From NCBI GenBank assembly GCA_037441475.1, contig JBBISB010000001.1, forward strand, positions 524,946 through 588,945: a DNA stretch of 64,000 nt, read 5' to 3'. Position numbers and translations under genes: made by a program. Below, in pieces: positions 46,611 to 55,762 of this stretch (within the stretch, counting starts at the first letter, position 1; each line of letters opens with the position of its first letter). Source of the stretch: Candidatus Iainarchaeum sp. (GTDB lineage Archaea > Iainarchaeota > Iainarchaeia > Iainarchaeales > CSSED10-239). The notes under the pieces are model-generated. The model saw nothing but the letters and a program-made list of their open reading frames with translations. It had not been told where the DNA came from and did no database searches.

Positions 46611-47506
46611 TTTTTAACTCTCCTTAAGTTAAGGTTTTCTGCATACTTTGCTTTTCCAAAGTTCTTTCCAAGTTTTTCGTTTCTAGATTTATCTCTATAA
46701 TGTATAACTCTATCCTCTCTTTCTTGTAAACTTTCTTGAGAGATAATCCCTGGTCCACCTACACATCCCCCTTTACAAAAAAGCATATCTAAAAACCTAA
46801 TTTCTTTATTTTCCTTAAACTTTAATATTGCTTTGTCAATTTCTTGTATACCATCAGCAATAACAATCTCTTCTTGTTTTAATATCTGTCTATTGTTAAT
46901 AGTTTCAGCAACAGCTCCAGAAAGAGGATATATCTTTGTATAGTCATTATAGAATTTATCAAAACTTTTACTTTCATTTTCTTTCTTTGTATAGTATCCA
47001 TTTTTTTTAGCATACAAAAACATGTCATTAACTTCTTTAAAGGTAAGTGCAAAGTCAACCTCTTTATTTTCCTTAGCCTCTTGTTTCTTTGAAAAGCATG
47101 GTCCTACAAAAGCAATTAAGTGGTTAGGATACTTTTCTTTCATAAACCTTGCCATAACCACCATTGGTGAGGCTATATCCATAATATCTTTTTTAATCTC
47201 TGGATATTTATTTTCAATATACTTAACAACACTAGGACAGTTGCCACAGATATGTTGTTTTTTTTTATTTTTTGTGATTTGTGCATGTATCTCTTTGTTT
47301 ATTATTTTTGCAGAGTAGGTAAGTTCAACTATTTTGTTAAACCCTATCCTTCTAAGCTCAACTATAACTTTAGGATACTTAAAGTCCACAACAAAGCTTG
47401 GTGCAAGAAGACAAATAACTTTCTTTTTATTAATTATTTTTAATGTTTCTAAAAGTTCATTATTAATTTCCATTTTTTTCTTCACATCCTTATTTAATAA
47501 AATCAA
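46607..47506 (-). CDS. [FeFe]-hydrogenase H-cluster domain protein (stand-alone, ~300 aa)
   Basis: Collinear with the HydA catalytic domain: 'ICLLAPSFVV', 'LRRIGFNKIVELTYSAKI', 'CGNCPSVVKYIENKYPE' (L1-like), 'VGPCFSKKQEA' (L2), 'MLFCKGGCVGGPG' (L3). No N-terminal ferredoxin domain. The start may be Met12 (47473). Confidence 0.75.
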   Translation of the reverse strand: MILLNKDVKKKMEINNELLETLKIINKKKVICLLAPSFVVDFKYPKVIVELRRIGFNKIVELTYSAKIINKEIHAQITKNKKKQHICGNCPSVVKYIENKYPEIKKDIMDIASPMVVMARFMKEKYPNHLIAFVGPCFSKKQEAKENKEVDFALTFKEVNDMFLYAKKNGYYTKKENESKSFDKFYNDYTKIYPLSGAVAETINNRQILKQEEIVIADGIQEIDKAILKFKENKEIRFLDMLFCKGGCVGGPGIISQESLQEREDRVIHYRDKSRNEKLGKNFGKAKYAENLNLRRVKN

Positions 47507-48518
47507 TCACTTTACTTTTTTTATTTTTCAAAAGAATAATTCTTGATTCTTTCTGTTCATTATGTATCTTAAACAATTTAGATCTTTTTTCAATTTCTTT
47601 TGAAAACTCCACAACATCATTATGTGTTGGCATATTTTCAGCAGTTAAGTTATCTCTTGATGAACCTAAATGCATGTATGATTTTATCTCAAGATAATCT
47701 GTATTACTTCTTTCAAACATTTCAATAAACTTATCTAAATACTCTAAGGAGTCATTAAGCCCATTAATCAAAGTAAACCTAACCACTTTTCTACATTTAA
47801 GGCTTGGATAAATATCAATAGTTTTGTTCAGTCTTTGCCAACTATCTTTAATCTTCGTCTTATTTATTTTATGATGCATCTTTTCATCACATGCAACAAT
47901 AGATAAATAAAGTTGTGTAGGTAGAGATTTATTTTTATTCATCTCTAAGAGCCTATCTGGTTCCATTCCATTAGTTACAATAAAGATACTTCTCATTTCT
48001 TTTTTCTTCTTTAAGTAAAGCACCATCTCTCCAAGTTTAGGATATATGGTAGGTTCACCTGCAAGCGAGATTGCAACATGCGTTGGAACAATTGCTTCAT
48101 CATACTTTTTCTTTAAAACCTTAGGGTTTCCCTTAAAGCCTGTAAGTAACTTTATTCTTTCTTCAAAAAGTCCATCAATAATTTCTTTAGCATCATCAAG
48201 TTGTTTTTCATCCATCTTCCATTCTTTCATGTACTCTGCAGGTCTCCAGCAAAAACTACAGTTAAGGTGACAGTTAACAACAGTAGGTGTTATTTGTGCA
48301 CATCTATGACAATCAACATTATAAAATTTTTCTTTATAGCAAACTCCTTGACCTCTAAATGCCTTTTTATTCCATCCACAAATCTCCACTGCCGAGTGTT
48401 TACCATAAATTCCATAATGCTTATGTCTTAAATCTTTAAAAATTTCTTCTTTTGTTTTATTCTCTTTTGTCATAGAAATATTATTTTTAATAGTCTTTTT
48501 AAACATTTTTGTTTTCAA
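47490..48518 (-). CDS. taw1: 4-demethylwyosine synthase Taw1/TYW1 (radical SAM)
   Basis: 'HSAVEICGWNKKAFRGQGVCYKEKFY', radical-SAM cluster 'CHLNCSFCWRP', 'SLAGEPTIYP'. Confidence 0.8.
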   Translation of the reverse strand: MKTKMFKKTIKNNISMTKENKTKEEIFKDLRHKHYGIYGKHSAVEICGWNKKAFRGQGVCYKEKFYNVDCHRCAQITPTVVNCHLNCSFCWRPAEYMKEWKMDEKQLDDAKEIIDGLFEERIKLLTGFKGNPKVLKKKYDEAIVPTHVAISLAGEPTIYPKLGEMVLYLKKKKEMRSIFIVTNGMEPDRLLEMNKNKSLPTQLYLSIVACDEKMHHKINKTKIKDSWQRLNKTIDIYPSLKCRKVVRFTLINGLNDSLEYLDKFIEMFERSNTDYLEIKSYMHLGSSRDNLTAENMPTHNDVVEFSKEIEKRSKLFKIHNEQKESRIILLKNKKSKVIDFIK

Positions 48519-48551
48519 TATATATTATAATTTTATAAAAGGTGATTATTT

Positions 48552-50123
48552 TTGGCAGCTAAAAAAACAAAAAGTAAATTTTCAACAAAAGCTCCTAAGA
48601 AAATAGAAGTTGTTTTTGAAGATTCAAACAAAGTTATTAAAAAAGAAAAACCTGTTTTTAATAAAAAATCTAACAAACAAAAAGTTTCTTTTGAAAAATC
48701 TCCACCAAAGAGTGTTTCTAAAGCACATAAACATAATGAAGAACATAAACACCATGAAACTCATAAACATGTTACTAAAGAAACTAAAAAAAATAAAACT
48801 AAAGATTACATAATTATTGGTATTTTAGCTTTATTAATAATAGGTATAGTTGTCATCGCCTTTTTAGTTCCAGTGGACTTTAATAAAGATGATGTGGTAA
48901 TAGATAAAAATGCTCCTGTAATTGACAAAAATCAAAATTTAGATTTAAATATAGAAAACTTTGAAAAAAGATCATTAGCAGTTACAATGAACATCTTAAA
49001 AGACATGAGAGAGTATCAAAAGAATATCTTAGAAGAAAACTATGAAAGCTTATCTATAAATAAAGAAGAGATGGATACTTGTCTTTTAGAAAATAATTTC
49101 CTTTTAGAAGATACAAATTTATTTGATTATCCTAAAGTTAAATTAATTCAGAATGACTTTATGGAAGCTCAAGAGAGATTTGTTTTATCTACACCAACCA
49201 TGTATGTTAATGGTTATTATTTAACAGGTGTTAAGGATTACAATACTTTTACAAACTTTATAGATGATGTAAAAGACTCAGAGAGTTTAACCTTAGATTA
49301 CAATAACAAATCTTTCAGTTATACTAATGATTCTTTAAAAGTATATTATGTTTACGACAAGGAATCAGAGTTAATAAAAGAATCAAACTTAGCATTCATT
49401 GACTATTTAAAAACATCTGAACTTTTAATATCAAATGTCAATTCCGTTTTTACAACCATCTTTGATATTAACAATATAGAGTATGTTCAATATAATACAG
49501 AGAAAGGAAAAGAAATTCTACAAACAATTGATGCAGAAGCTTTACCAGCAATCTATATTTTAGGAGATGTTTCTTCCCTTGATTTCAATGGACAAGATAA
49601 CACCGAGATTTTCAATGTCATTTTTGAAAAAGAAACTATAAACAACGGTTATATATTTAAGAAAGAAGTTTTACCTCAATTAATAATAGGTAGTTCTTTT
49701 GATGGCGTTTATAGAGTCTTGGACTATAAAACTTTAGTAAAAGAAGATGACAAGGTTTTAGGTTCTCTTGATGCAGAAACAACAATAATTCTTTTCACAG
49801 ACTATGATTGTCCTTTCTGTAGACAACTTGAAACAGATACCTTAACAGATATTTTTTCTGAAAATTACATGGATACAGGAAAGGCAAACCTTGTAATCAA
49901 ACCAATGGTTACAAACGATATCTTTTCAATCTTCCCTATACTTTTCTTAAAATGTTCTGAAAATCAAGATGCTTCTCTTGCAGTTCATAAAAAAATATTT
50001 GAACTTAATCCTGTTATTGGGGTTCAACCAGTTTATGATCTTGTAAGTTTAAAGTATGCTGAGGAAATGGCAGCTTTAGAGGTAGAATATTCTTTGATAA
50101 TGTCTTCAATGGAAGGAAATTAA
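48552..50123 (+). CDS. membrane-anchored protein with C-terminal DsbA/thioredoxin-like domain and Lys/His-rich N-terminal tail
   Basis: TTG start with SD aaaggtgatta, tail 'KAHKHNEEHKHHETHKH', one TM helix ('YIIIGILALLIIGIVVIAFLV'), C-terminal 'ILFTDYDCPFCRQLE' (CxxC). Confidence 0.6.
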   Translation: MAAKKTKSKFSTKAPKKIEVVFEDSNKVIKKEKPVFNKKSNKQKVSFEKSPPKSVSKAHKHNEEHKHHETHKHVTKETKKNKTKDYIIIGILALLIIGIVVIAFLVPVDFNKDDVVIDKNAPVIDKNQNLDLNIENFEKRSLAVTMNILKDMREYQKNILEENYESLSINKEEMDTCLLENNFLLEDTNLFDYPKVKLIQNDFMEAQERFVLSTPTMYVNGYYLTGVKDYNTFTNFIDDVKDSESLTLDYNNKSFSYTNDSLKVYYVYDKESELIKESNLAFIDYLKTSELLISNVNSVFTTIFDINNIEYVQYNTEKGKEILQTIDAEALPAIYILGDVSSLDFNGQDNTEIFNVIFEKETINNGYIFKKEVLPQLIIGSSFDGVYRVLDYKTLVKEDDKVLGSLDAETTIILFTDYDCPFCRQLETDTLTDIFSENYMDTGKANLVIKPMVTNDIFSIFPILFLKCSENQDASLAVHKKIFELNPVIGVQPVYDLVSLKYAEEMAALEVEYSLIMSSMEGN

Positions 50124-50201
50124 TTATTTTCCTTTCTATTTTCTATTTTTTCTAAAATAGATTTCCTTTATATATTTATTTATTCATAATATATATATCG
50201 T

Positions 50202-50274
50202 GGGTCCGTGGCCTAGTGGATAGGGCAACAGCCTTCTAAGCTGTGGGTCGAGGGTTCAAATCCCTCCGGACTCG
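50202..50274 (+). tRNA. tRNA-Arg (TCT)
   Basis: Cloverleaf: acceptor gggtccg/cggactc (one G-U), D-arm gcct-agtggata-gggc, anticodon arm acagc-ctTCTaa-gctgt, T-arm gaggg-ttcaaat-ccctc. Confidence 0.9.
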
Positions 50275-50305
50275 CTTTTCTACTTTAAAAAAAAGGTTAT
50301 AAAAA

Positions 50306-52012
50306 ATGTATTATAAAAAAGATTTTGCAAAAATAATTCATGATATCTTAGATGACTCTAATTTTACACTTAAAGATATTGAAAACATAATTTTAGTTCC
50401 ACCTTCAAGAGATTTAGGAGACTTATCCTTTCCAGTTTTCCAATTTTCAAAAATTTATAAAAAATCTCCTTTAGAGATATCTAAATCCTTATTTTCAAAA
50501 CTTCCAAAAAGTAAAATTTTTATTTTCTCTGAAGTTAATGGTTACATTAATGCAAGGATAGATGATTCCTTTTTATTAAAGGAAACAATATCAGAAGTTA
50601 TTAATAAAAAAGAAAAATATGGTTCCTTAACTATTGATAATAAACAGTATGTTGTTGATACCTTTAATGCAAATCCTTTAAAGACCTTACACATAGGGCA
50701 TGTAAGAAACATTGTCACTGGAGATTTTGTTTCTAGAATTTTAAAAAAAGTTGGAGCTGATCCAAAACCAGTTTCTTATGGTGGAGATATAGGCACACAT
50801 GTTGCTAAATGGTATTGGTATTATAAAAAACTACCAAATGAAAAAAAAATAATTCCTTCAAAAGACGTTTCTAAATGGTTTGGAAACATCTATATAAAAG
50901 CAGGTCTTTTACTTGAAACAAATAAAGAGGTCTATAAGCAAGAGATAGATGACTTGCAAGTAGAGATTATGAATAATCCTTCTCTTCAACAAGAGATTAA
51001 AGAGCTTGCTATGAAGAGCCATCAAGCCTACATGAATATAGGTCAAGAGCTTAACTGTTTAGTAGATAGTAGCTTTTTTGAATCTGATACTGAAAAAAGA
51101 TTTTTTGAAATTAAAGAAGATGTCTTTTCAAAACATAAAGATGTTTTTATAGAAAGTGAAGGTGCAATTGTTGCTGATTTAAAGGACGAAAGTTTAGGCA
51201 ATTTTATTTTAATAAAACAAAATGGTGCTGCTCTTTATGGAGCAAAAGACCTTGGTCTTGTTTCTTTAAAGAAAAAAAGATACCCTTCTTGTAATGATTT
51301 TTTATATGTAGTTGCTTCAGAACAGGATTTTTATTTTAAACAATTATTTAAGTTATTTACATTTATCTATCCTTCAACAAATCATGTTCACATAAACCAT
51401 GGTTTAATAAATACTTCAGAAGGTAAAATGAAATCAAGAGAGGGAGAGAGCTTTTTATACGAGGACTTTAGAGACTCTTTATTTGAAGGTGTTAAAGCAA
51501 AACTTATAGAGAATGCCTTAGAGATTGACGATACAATCATTAGAGATATTTCTTTTGGTGTAATTAAGTTTGAGATGCTTAAAACAAACTTAAACAAAAC
51601 AATAGTTTTTGATATTTCATCAGCCTTAGACTTTCAAGGAGACTCTTCTCCATACGTCCAGTATAGTGGAGTGAGAGCAAAAAGTATTTTAAAAAAATCT
51701 AACTCCGAAAATATATCTTTAGAAAAATTAAATCCCTCTTATCTTTTAGAAAAAGAAGAAGTCTTACTTGCCTTGAAAATAAATGATTATAAAGAAAAAG
51801 TTTTCTTAGCATACACTGGTTTTAAATCACATGTTATTGTAAACTATGTTTTAGAACTTTCACATATCTTCAATAAATTTTACACCGCTTGTCCAGTCTT
51901 GGTTGGAGATGAAAACACAAAGAACACAAGACTTTTTTTAATAAAGGCTTTCTTAATAACTTTAGAAAACTCCTTAGATCTTCTAGGTATAAAGGTTCCT
52001 GAGAAAATGTGA
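50306..52012 (+). CDS. argS: arginyl-tRNA synthetase
   Basis: Class I 'NANPLKTLHIGHVRN' (HIGH), 'GKMKSREG' (KMSK-like), C-terminal anticodon-binding (DALR-type) region. Confidence 0.9.
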   Translation: MYYKKDFAKIIHDILDDSNFTLKDIENIILVPPSRDLGDLSFPVFQFSKIYKKSPLEISKSLFSKLPKSKIFIFSEVNGYINARIDDSFLLKETISEVINKKEKYGSLTIDNKQYVVDTFNANPLKTLHIGHVRNIVTGDFVSRILKKVGADPKPVSYGGDIGTHVAKWYWYYKKLPNEKKIIPSKDVSKWFGNIYIKAGLLLETNKEVYKQEIDDLQVEIMNNPSLQQEIKELAMKSHQAYMNIGQELNCLVDSSFFESDTEKRFFEIKEDVFSKHKDVFIESEGAIVADLKDESLGNFILIKQNGAALYGAKDLGLVSLKKKRYPSCNDFLYVVASEQDFYFKQLFKLFTFIYPSTNHVHINHGLINTSEGKMKSREGESFLYEDFRDSLFEGVKAKLIENALEIDDTIIRDISFGVIKFEMLKTNLNKTIVFDISSALDFQGDSSPYVQYSGVRAKSILKKSNSENISLEKLNPSYLLEKEEVLLALKINDYKEKVFLAYTGFKSHVIVNYVLELSHIFNKFYTACPVLVGDENTKNTRLFLIKAFLITLENSLDLLGIKVPEKM

Positions 52013-52016
52013 TTTC

Positions 52017-52634
52017 ATGAAAAAGAACTCTTTTGATATTGTAATGGATGATTTAATAGAGAACAATAGCTTAGCTGATTTAGAATCAATCTTTTCAAAA
52101 CTAAATATAAAGACTGTTTATGTCTTAAGAGAGGTTTCTAAAAAAGAAGATTTTAAGGCACCTTTTGAAATCCATAAATCTCATCAAGTGACTTTTAAAA
52201 AAGCCTATCTTCTAAAAGACCTTTCTCTCTTACATTTCTATAAAGGAGATGATCTTCTTTTAGTTGAGTCTGGTTCTTTAAAGAATAATACTTTAATTTC
52301 AACTAACAAAAATGTGGATTTTTTAAAAGACCCATTATCAGATAAACTTAGCTTTGATGAACAGAATGCAAGATCTTGTAGTCAGAATAAAATAAAGGTT
52401 GTTTTTGATATTAATAAACTAAGGGGTAAGGATAAAAATCAAGCTATTAAACAATCTTCCTTTATTATTAACCTTTTAAAGATACATTCAGTGGATATGT
52501 TTTTTGTAACTTTTGCAAAAACAAAAGAAGACTTAGTTTCAATTAAACCAATACTTTCAAATCTTTTAAAAAACTTTAATCTAGAAGAGGCCACCATTAA
52601 TAGGTTCTTATCAAAGGACATCTTAAAGAAATAA
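52017..52634 (+). CDS. RNase P protein component 3 (Rpp30-like), putative
   Basis: Size, weak TIM-barrel-like pattern, and the conserved position just upstream of Pop5 and psmA in the archaeal exosome superoperon. Confidence 0.5.
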   Translation: MKKNSFDIVMDDLIENNSLADLESIFSKLNIKTVYVLREVSKKEDFKAPFEIHKSHQVTFKKAYLLKDLSLLHFYKGDDLLLVESGSLKNNTLISTNKNVDFLKDPLSDKLSFDEQNARSCSQNKIKVVFDINKLRGKDKNQAIKQSSFIINLLKIHSVDMFFVTFAKTKEDLVSIKPILSNLLKNFNLEEATINRFLSKDILKK

Positions 52635-52650
52635 TAAAAAATAGATTTTC

Positions 52651-52974
52651 ATGAGTAAACTTAAAAAAAAATTAAATGTTATAAGGCCAACTTTAAGGCA
52701 TAAGAAACTTTATCTTAAGCTTGAGTATACAAAGGAATACTCCTCTAACCTTTATACCCTTCTTTTAAAAAACTATGAAAAAATAAATGGTTTATTTTCT
52801 TCTTTAGAATGTAATCTAACAGTCATGGAAAACGACTATACAACTAAAACAATGGTCGTAAGATTAAACAAAGCATATAAAGAAAGCTTTTTAAGTAGTT
52901 TATTCTTTTTAAAGCAAGATTTAGGGCTTATCTTTGTTTTAAAAGAAGCATCTACCCTTAATTCTTTAAAATAA
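52651..52974 (+). CDS. RNase P protein component 2 (Pop5-like)
   Basis: 'IRPTLRHKKLYLKLEY' matches the Pop5 'LPPxLRxKxRYIxFE' start. 107 aa, in superoperon context. Confidence 0.65.
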   Translation: MSKLKKKLNVIRPTLRHKKLYLKLEYTKEYSSNLYTLLLKNYEKINGLFSSLECNLTVMENDYTTKTMVVRLNKAYKESFLSSLFFLKQDLGLIFVLKEASTLNSLK

Positions 52975-53208
52975 ACTCTTCTTTTACTAATCATAATGTT
53001 TTTATATCTGTTGCTATAATATATATATTATACAAGGATACAGAGATAGGAGAAAATACTATATTTAAGGTTAATTTCTTTAAAAGTAGTTTTTTTAAAT
53101 AGTAAGTTCGTTTTAATTTCTATAAAAAGAAATGCTTACAAGTAAAACTCTTTTAATAACAAAAAATTATTTTTATAATTTAGATATACAAAAATAAAAG
53201 GTGAAAAT

Positions 53209-53931
53209 ATGTTCCCAATTTCTAATAACAATGCAACAGCACAAGCTTACGATAGATCAATTACAGTTTTTAGTCCTGAAGGACATTTATACCAAGTTGA
53301 CTATGCCTCTAAGATAATTGAAAAAGGAAGTCCAGCAGTAGCTATAACTTACAAAGACGGAATAATCTTAGTTGCTGATAAAAAAATATTCTCTTCATTA
53401 ATAATTCCAGAGTCTGTAGAAAAAGTTTTCAAAGTTGATAAACATGTATGGGTTGCATGTTCTGGTCTTATAGGAGACGGAAGAAGACTTGTTGATTATG
53501 CAAGACAAATTTCTCAAGAAAATAAAATTTATTATGATGACCCAATAGAGATAGATACCTTAGTTAAGAAAATAGGTAATGTTGTTCAATATTTCACACA
53601 GTACGGTGGAGCAAGACCATTTGGGGTTTCTTTAATTGTTGCTGGAATTGATACTTTAGGAAAACACATCTATGAGATTGAACCAAGTGGCGCTACAACA
53701 GCTTACAAGGCAATAGCAATTGGTCAAAATAAACCTAAGCTTATGGCAAACTTAGAAAAAACTTATAAAGATAATTTAAGTTTTGATGATGCTTTAAAGC
53801 TTGCTTTCAAAACCTTAGCTTTAAATCTTGATGTTAAACAAAAACTTGATGTTAAAAATATTGAAGTTTTAAACATTACAGAGAAAAATGATGCAATTGT
53901 TCCTGTGGAGAAATATTCTAAACTTTTATAA
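53209..53931 (+). CDS. psmA: proteasome alpha subunit
   Basis: 'YDRSITVFSPEGHLYQVDYA' alpha-subunit signature. Confidence 0.95.
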   Translation: MFPISNNNATAQAYDRSITVFSPEGHLYQVDYASKIIEKGSPAVAITYKDGIILVADKKIFSSLIIPESVEKVFKVDKHVWVACSGLIGDGRRLVDYARQISQENKIYYDDPIEIDTLVKKIGNVVQYFTQYGGARPFGVSLIVAGIDTLGKHIYEIEPSGATTAYKAIAIGQNKPKLMANLEKTYKDNLSFDDALKLAFKTLALNLDVKQKLDVKNIEVLNITEKNDAIVPVEKYSKLL

Positions 53932-53946
53932 ATTTAAAAAAGGAAG

Positions 53947-54366
53947 ATGAAAATAAATATGCCTCAAGTAAAAAACCCTGCTCTTAAAAAAAATCCTTTA
54001 ATGCAAGATGTTAAAAAAGATTTATCTGTTAAAATGTATGCTCAACAAGCAAGGCTTTTAAAAAAAGTAAATCCTGCTATAAAGGGTAGGTTACTAAATG
54101 ATCAAAAAATTCTTGCAAATCATAGAATTTTAGGCTCAATGGTTAGTTATAAAGTGAGCAATCTTTCTTCTGTTGAAAGAAAAAATGCAGATAAATTATT
54201 TCAAGACATGTATGCTAAAATAATTTTAAGATCTTCAAATAATCCTGCATATGCAGAAAAATCAGTTACTTTTCTTAAACATTTTTCAGCAGCCTTATAC
54301 CGAAAAGAAGGAAAAGAAATTTTAGAAATTTTAAAAAAAGCATCAGAAGCTGTTAACAAAATATAA
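53947..54366 (+). CDS. hypothetical protein inserted between psmA and SBDS
   Basis: 139-aa basic helical ORF with 15-nt and 17-nt gaps to its neighbours. No motif recognised. Confidence 0.45.
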   Translation: MKINMPQVKNPALKKNPLMQDVKKDLSVKMYAQQARLLKKVNPAIKGRLLNDQKILANHRILGSMVSYKVSNLSSVERKNADKLFQDMYAKIILRSSNNPAYAEKSVTFLKHFSAALYRKEGKEILEILKKASEAVNKI

Positions 54367-54383
54367 ATCAAAGGTGATAAATT

Positions 54384-55109
54384 ATGTTTTACAAAGGAGA
54401 AAAGAACAAAGGAAATCTAGAAAACACTGTTGTTGCAAAGATTAAAAAAGGAGAACATACCTTTGAAATTTTAGTGTATCCTTTCCAAGCATGGGATTAC
54501 AAACATAATTTGCCAAATATAACTATTGAACAAGTAATAGCTTATGAAGAAGTCTATTCAGATATTCAAAAATCAAACTTAGCTTCAAAAGAAGTTATTT
54601 TAGAAGTTTTTGAAACAGAAGATATCTTTAAGATAGCTGATAAGATAATAAGAGACGGCGAAGTACAATTAACAACAGCCCAAAAACAACAGATGGCTGA
54701 GAGAAGAGAAAAAGAAATTATAACATACATCTCAAAGTACGCTCACGATCCTAAAAACAAAACCCCAATTCCTGAACAAAGAATAATCAATGCTTTTGCT
54801 GAATTAAAAATAAAAATAAACTTAAACAAACAAAAAGAAAAAGAAATAGAAGAAATTGTAGATAAACTAAAAAGAATAATGCCAATTTCTTTTGAAAAAA
54901 TTACTTTGCTTGTAGAGATCCCTGCAAGCTATGCAGGAAAAGTTTCATCAGTAATCTATAAGCAAGAGTTAGTTGATCAAAAATGGCTTTCCAGTGGAGC
55001 ATTAGTTGCAAAAATAAAAATTCCAGCTGGTTTAAAGCAACAGTTAGTTTCTGATTTAAATAACTTAACTCATGGTAATTTAGTGGTTAGCGTTAGTGAT
55101 GAAAATTAA
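54384..55109 (+). CDS. SBDS-family ribosome maturation protein
   Basis: 'VVAKIKKGEHTFEILVYPFQAWDYKHN' FYSH-domain start. Conserved superoperon position. Confidence 0.85.
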   Translation: MFYKGEKNKGNLENTVVAKIKKGEHTFEILVYPFQAWDYKHNLPNITIEQVIAYEEVYSDIQKSNLASKEVILEVFETEDIFKIADKIIRDGEVQLTTAQKQQMAERREKEIITYISKYAHDPKNKTPIPEQRIINAFAELKIKINLNKQKEKEIEEIVDKLKRIMPISFEKITLLVEIPASYAGKVSSVIYKQELVDQKWLSSGALVAKIKIPAGLKQQLVSDLNNLTHGNLVVSVSDEN

Positions 55110-55130
55110 ATATAAAATGTGAAAAAAAAT

Positions 55131-55751
55131 ATGAATACAGAAAAAAAAATAGTAATTCCTGGAGAAGTTATAACAAACCAGGTAAAAAAGTTAGGTACTA
55201 ATGTTTTTCTTGAGAATGGAAAAATATTTAGTTCTGTTGTAGGAATAGTTTCTGAAACAAGTGACTTTGTATCAGTAATTCCTTTAAACGGCCATTACTC
55301 ACCAATTGAAGGTGATGGAATAATAGCTGTTGTTAAAGATGAGGTTTTAAATGGTTACATCTTAGAGTACAATTCCTTTGATGATTCCTTTTTATTAAAA
55401 TCAATTCTTAAAAAAGAACTTTCAAAAGGAACAATCATTTTCCTAAGAATAAAAAACATTGCAGACAATGGTTCTTTAGAGTATGATAATATAAATATCT
55501 TACCAAAGGGTAGAGTTTTTCAAACCTCTCCAGTTAAGATTCCAAGACTTATTGGAAAAAACGAATCTATGTTAAATCTATTTAAAGAATATTTAGGTGG
55601 AAATATAGTTATTGGTAAAAACGGATGGGTATGGTATAACTGTGAGAATGTAAATCTTTCAGAACGTGCATTTTCATTAGTTGTAAACAATTCTCAAAAA
55701 TCAAATCTTACAAATAGTATGAAAGATTTTTTTGAAAAAAATAAAAATTAA
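55131..55751 (+). CDS. rrp4: exosome RNA-binding subunit Rrp4 (S1 plus KH)
   Basis: 'IVIPGEVI', 'VIPLNGHYSPIEGDGIIAVV', C-terminal KH 'IPRLIGKNESML'. Confidence 0.85.
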   Translation: MNTEKKIVIPGEVITNQVKKLGTNVFLENGKIFSSVVGIVSETSDFVSVIPLNGHYSPIEGDGIIAVVKDEVLNGYILEYNSFDDSFLLKSILKKELSKGTIIFLRIKNIADNGSLEYDNINILPKGRVFQTSPVKIPRLIGKNESMLNLFKEYLGGNIVIGKNGWVWYNCENVNLSERAFSLVVNNSQKSNLTNSMKDFFEKNKN

Positions 55752-55762
55752 AGTGATAAATT

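Noticed and set aside
47490-48518. The radical-SAM gene next to the HydA-like gene as a HydE/HydG maturase
   Set aside because: The N-terminal 'SAVEICGWNKKAFRGQGVCYKEKFY' region and the overall pattern match TYW1/Taw1 (wyosine biosynthesis), not HydE/HydG.
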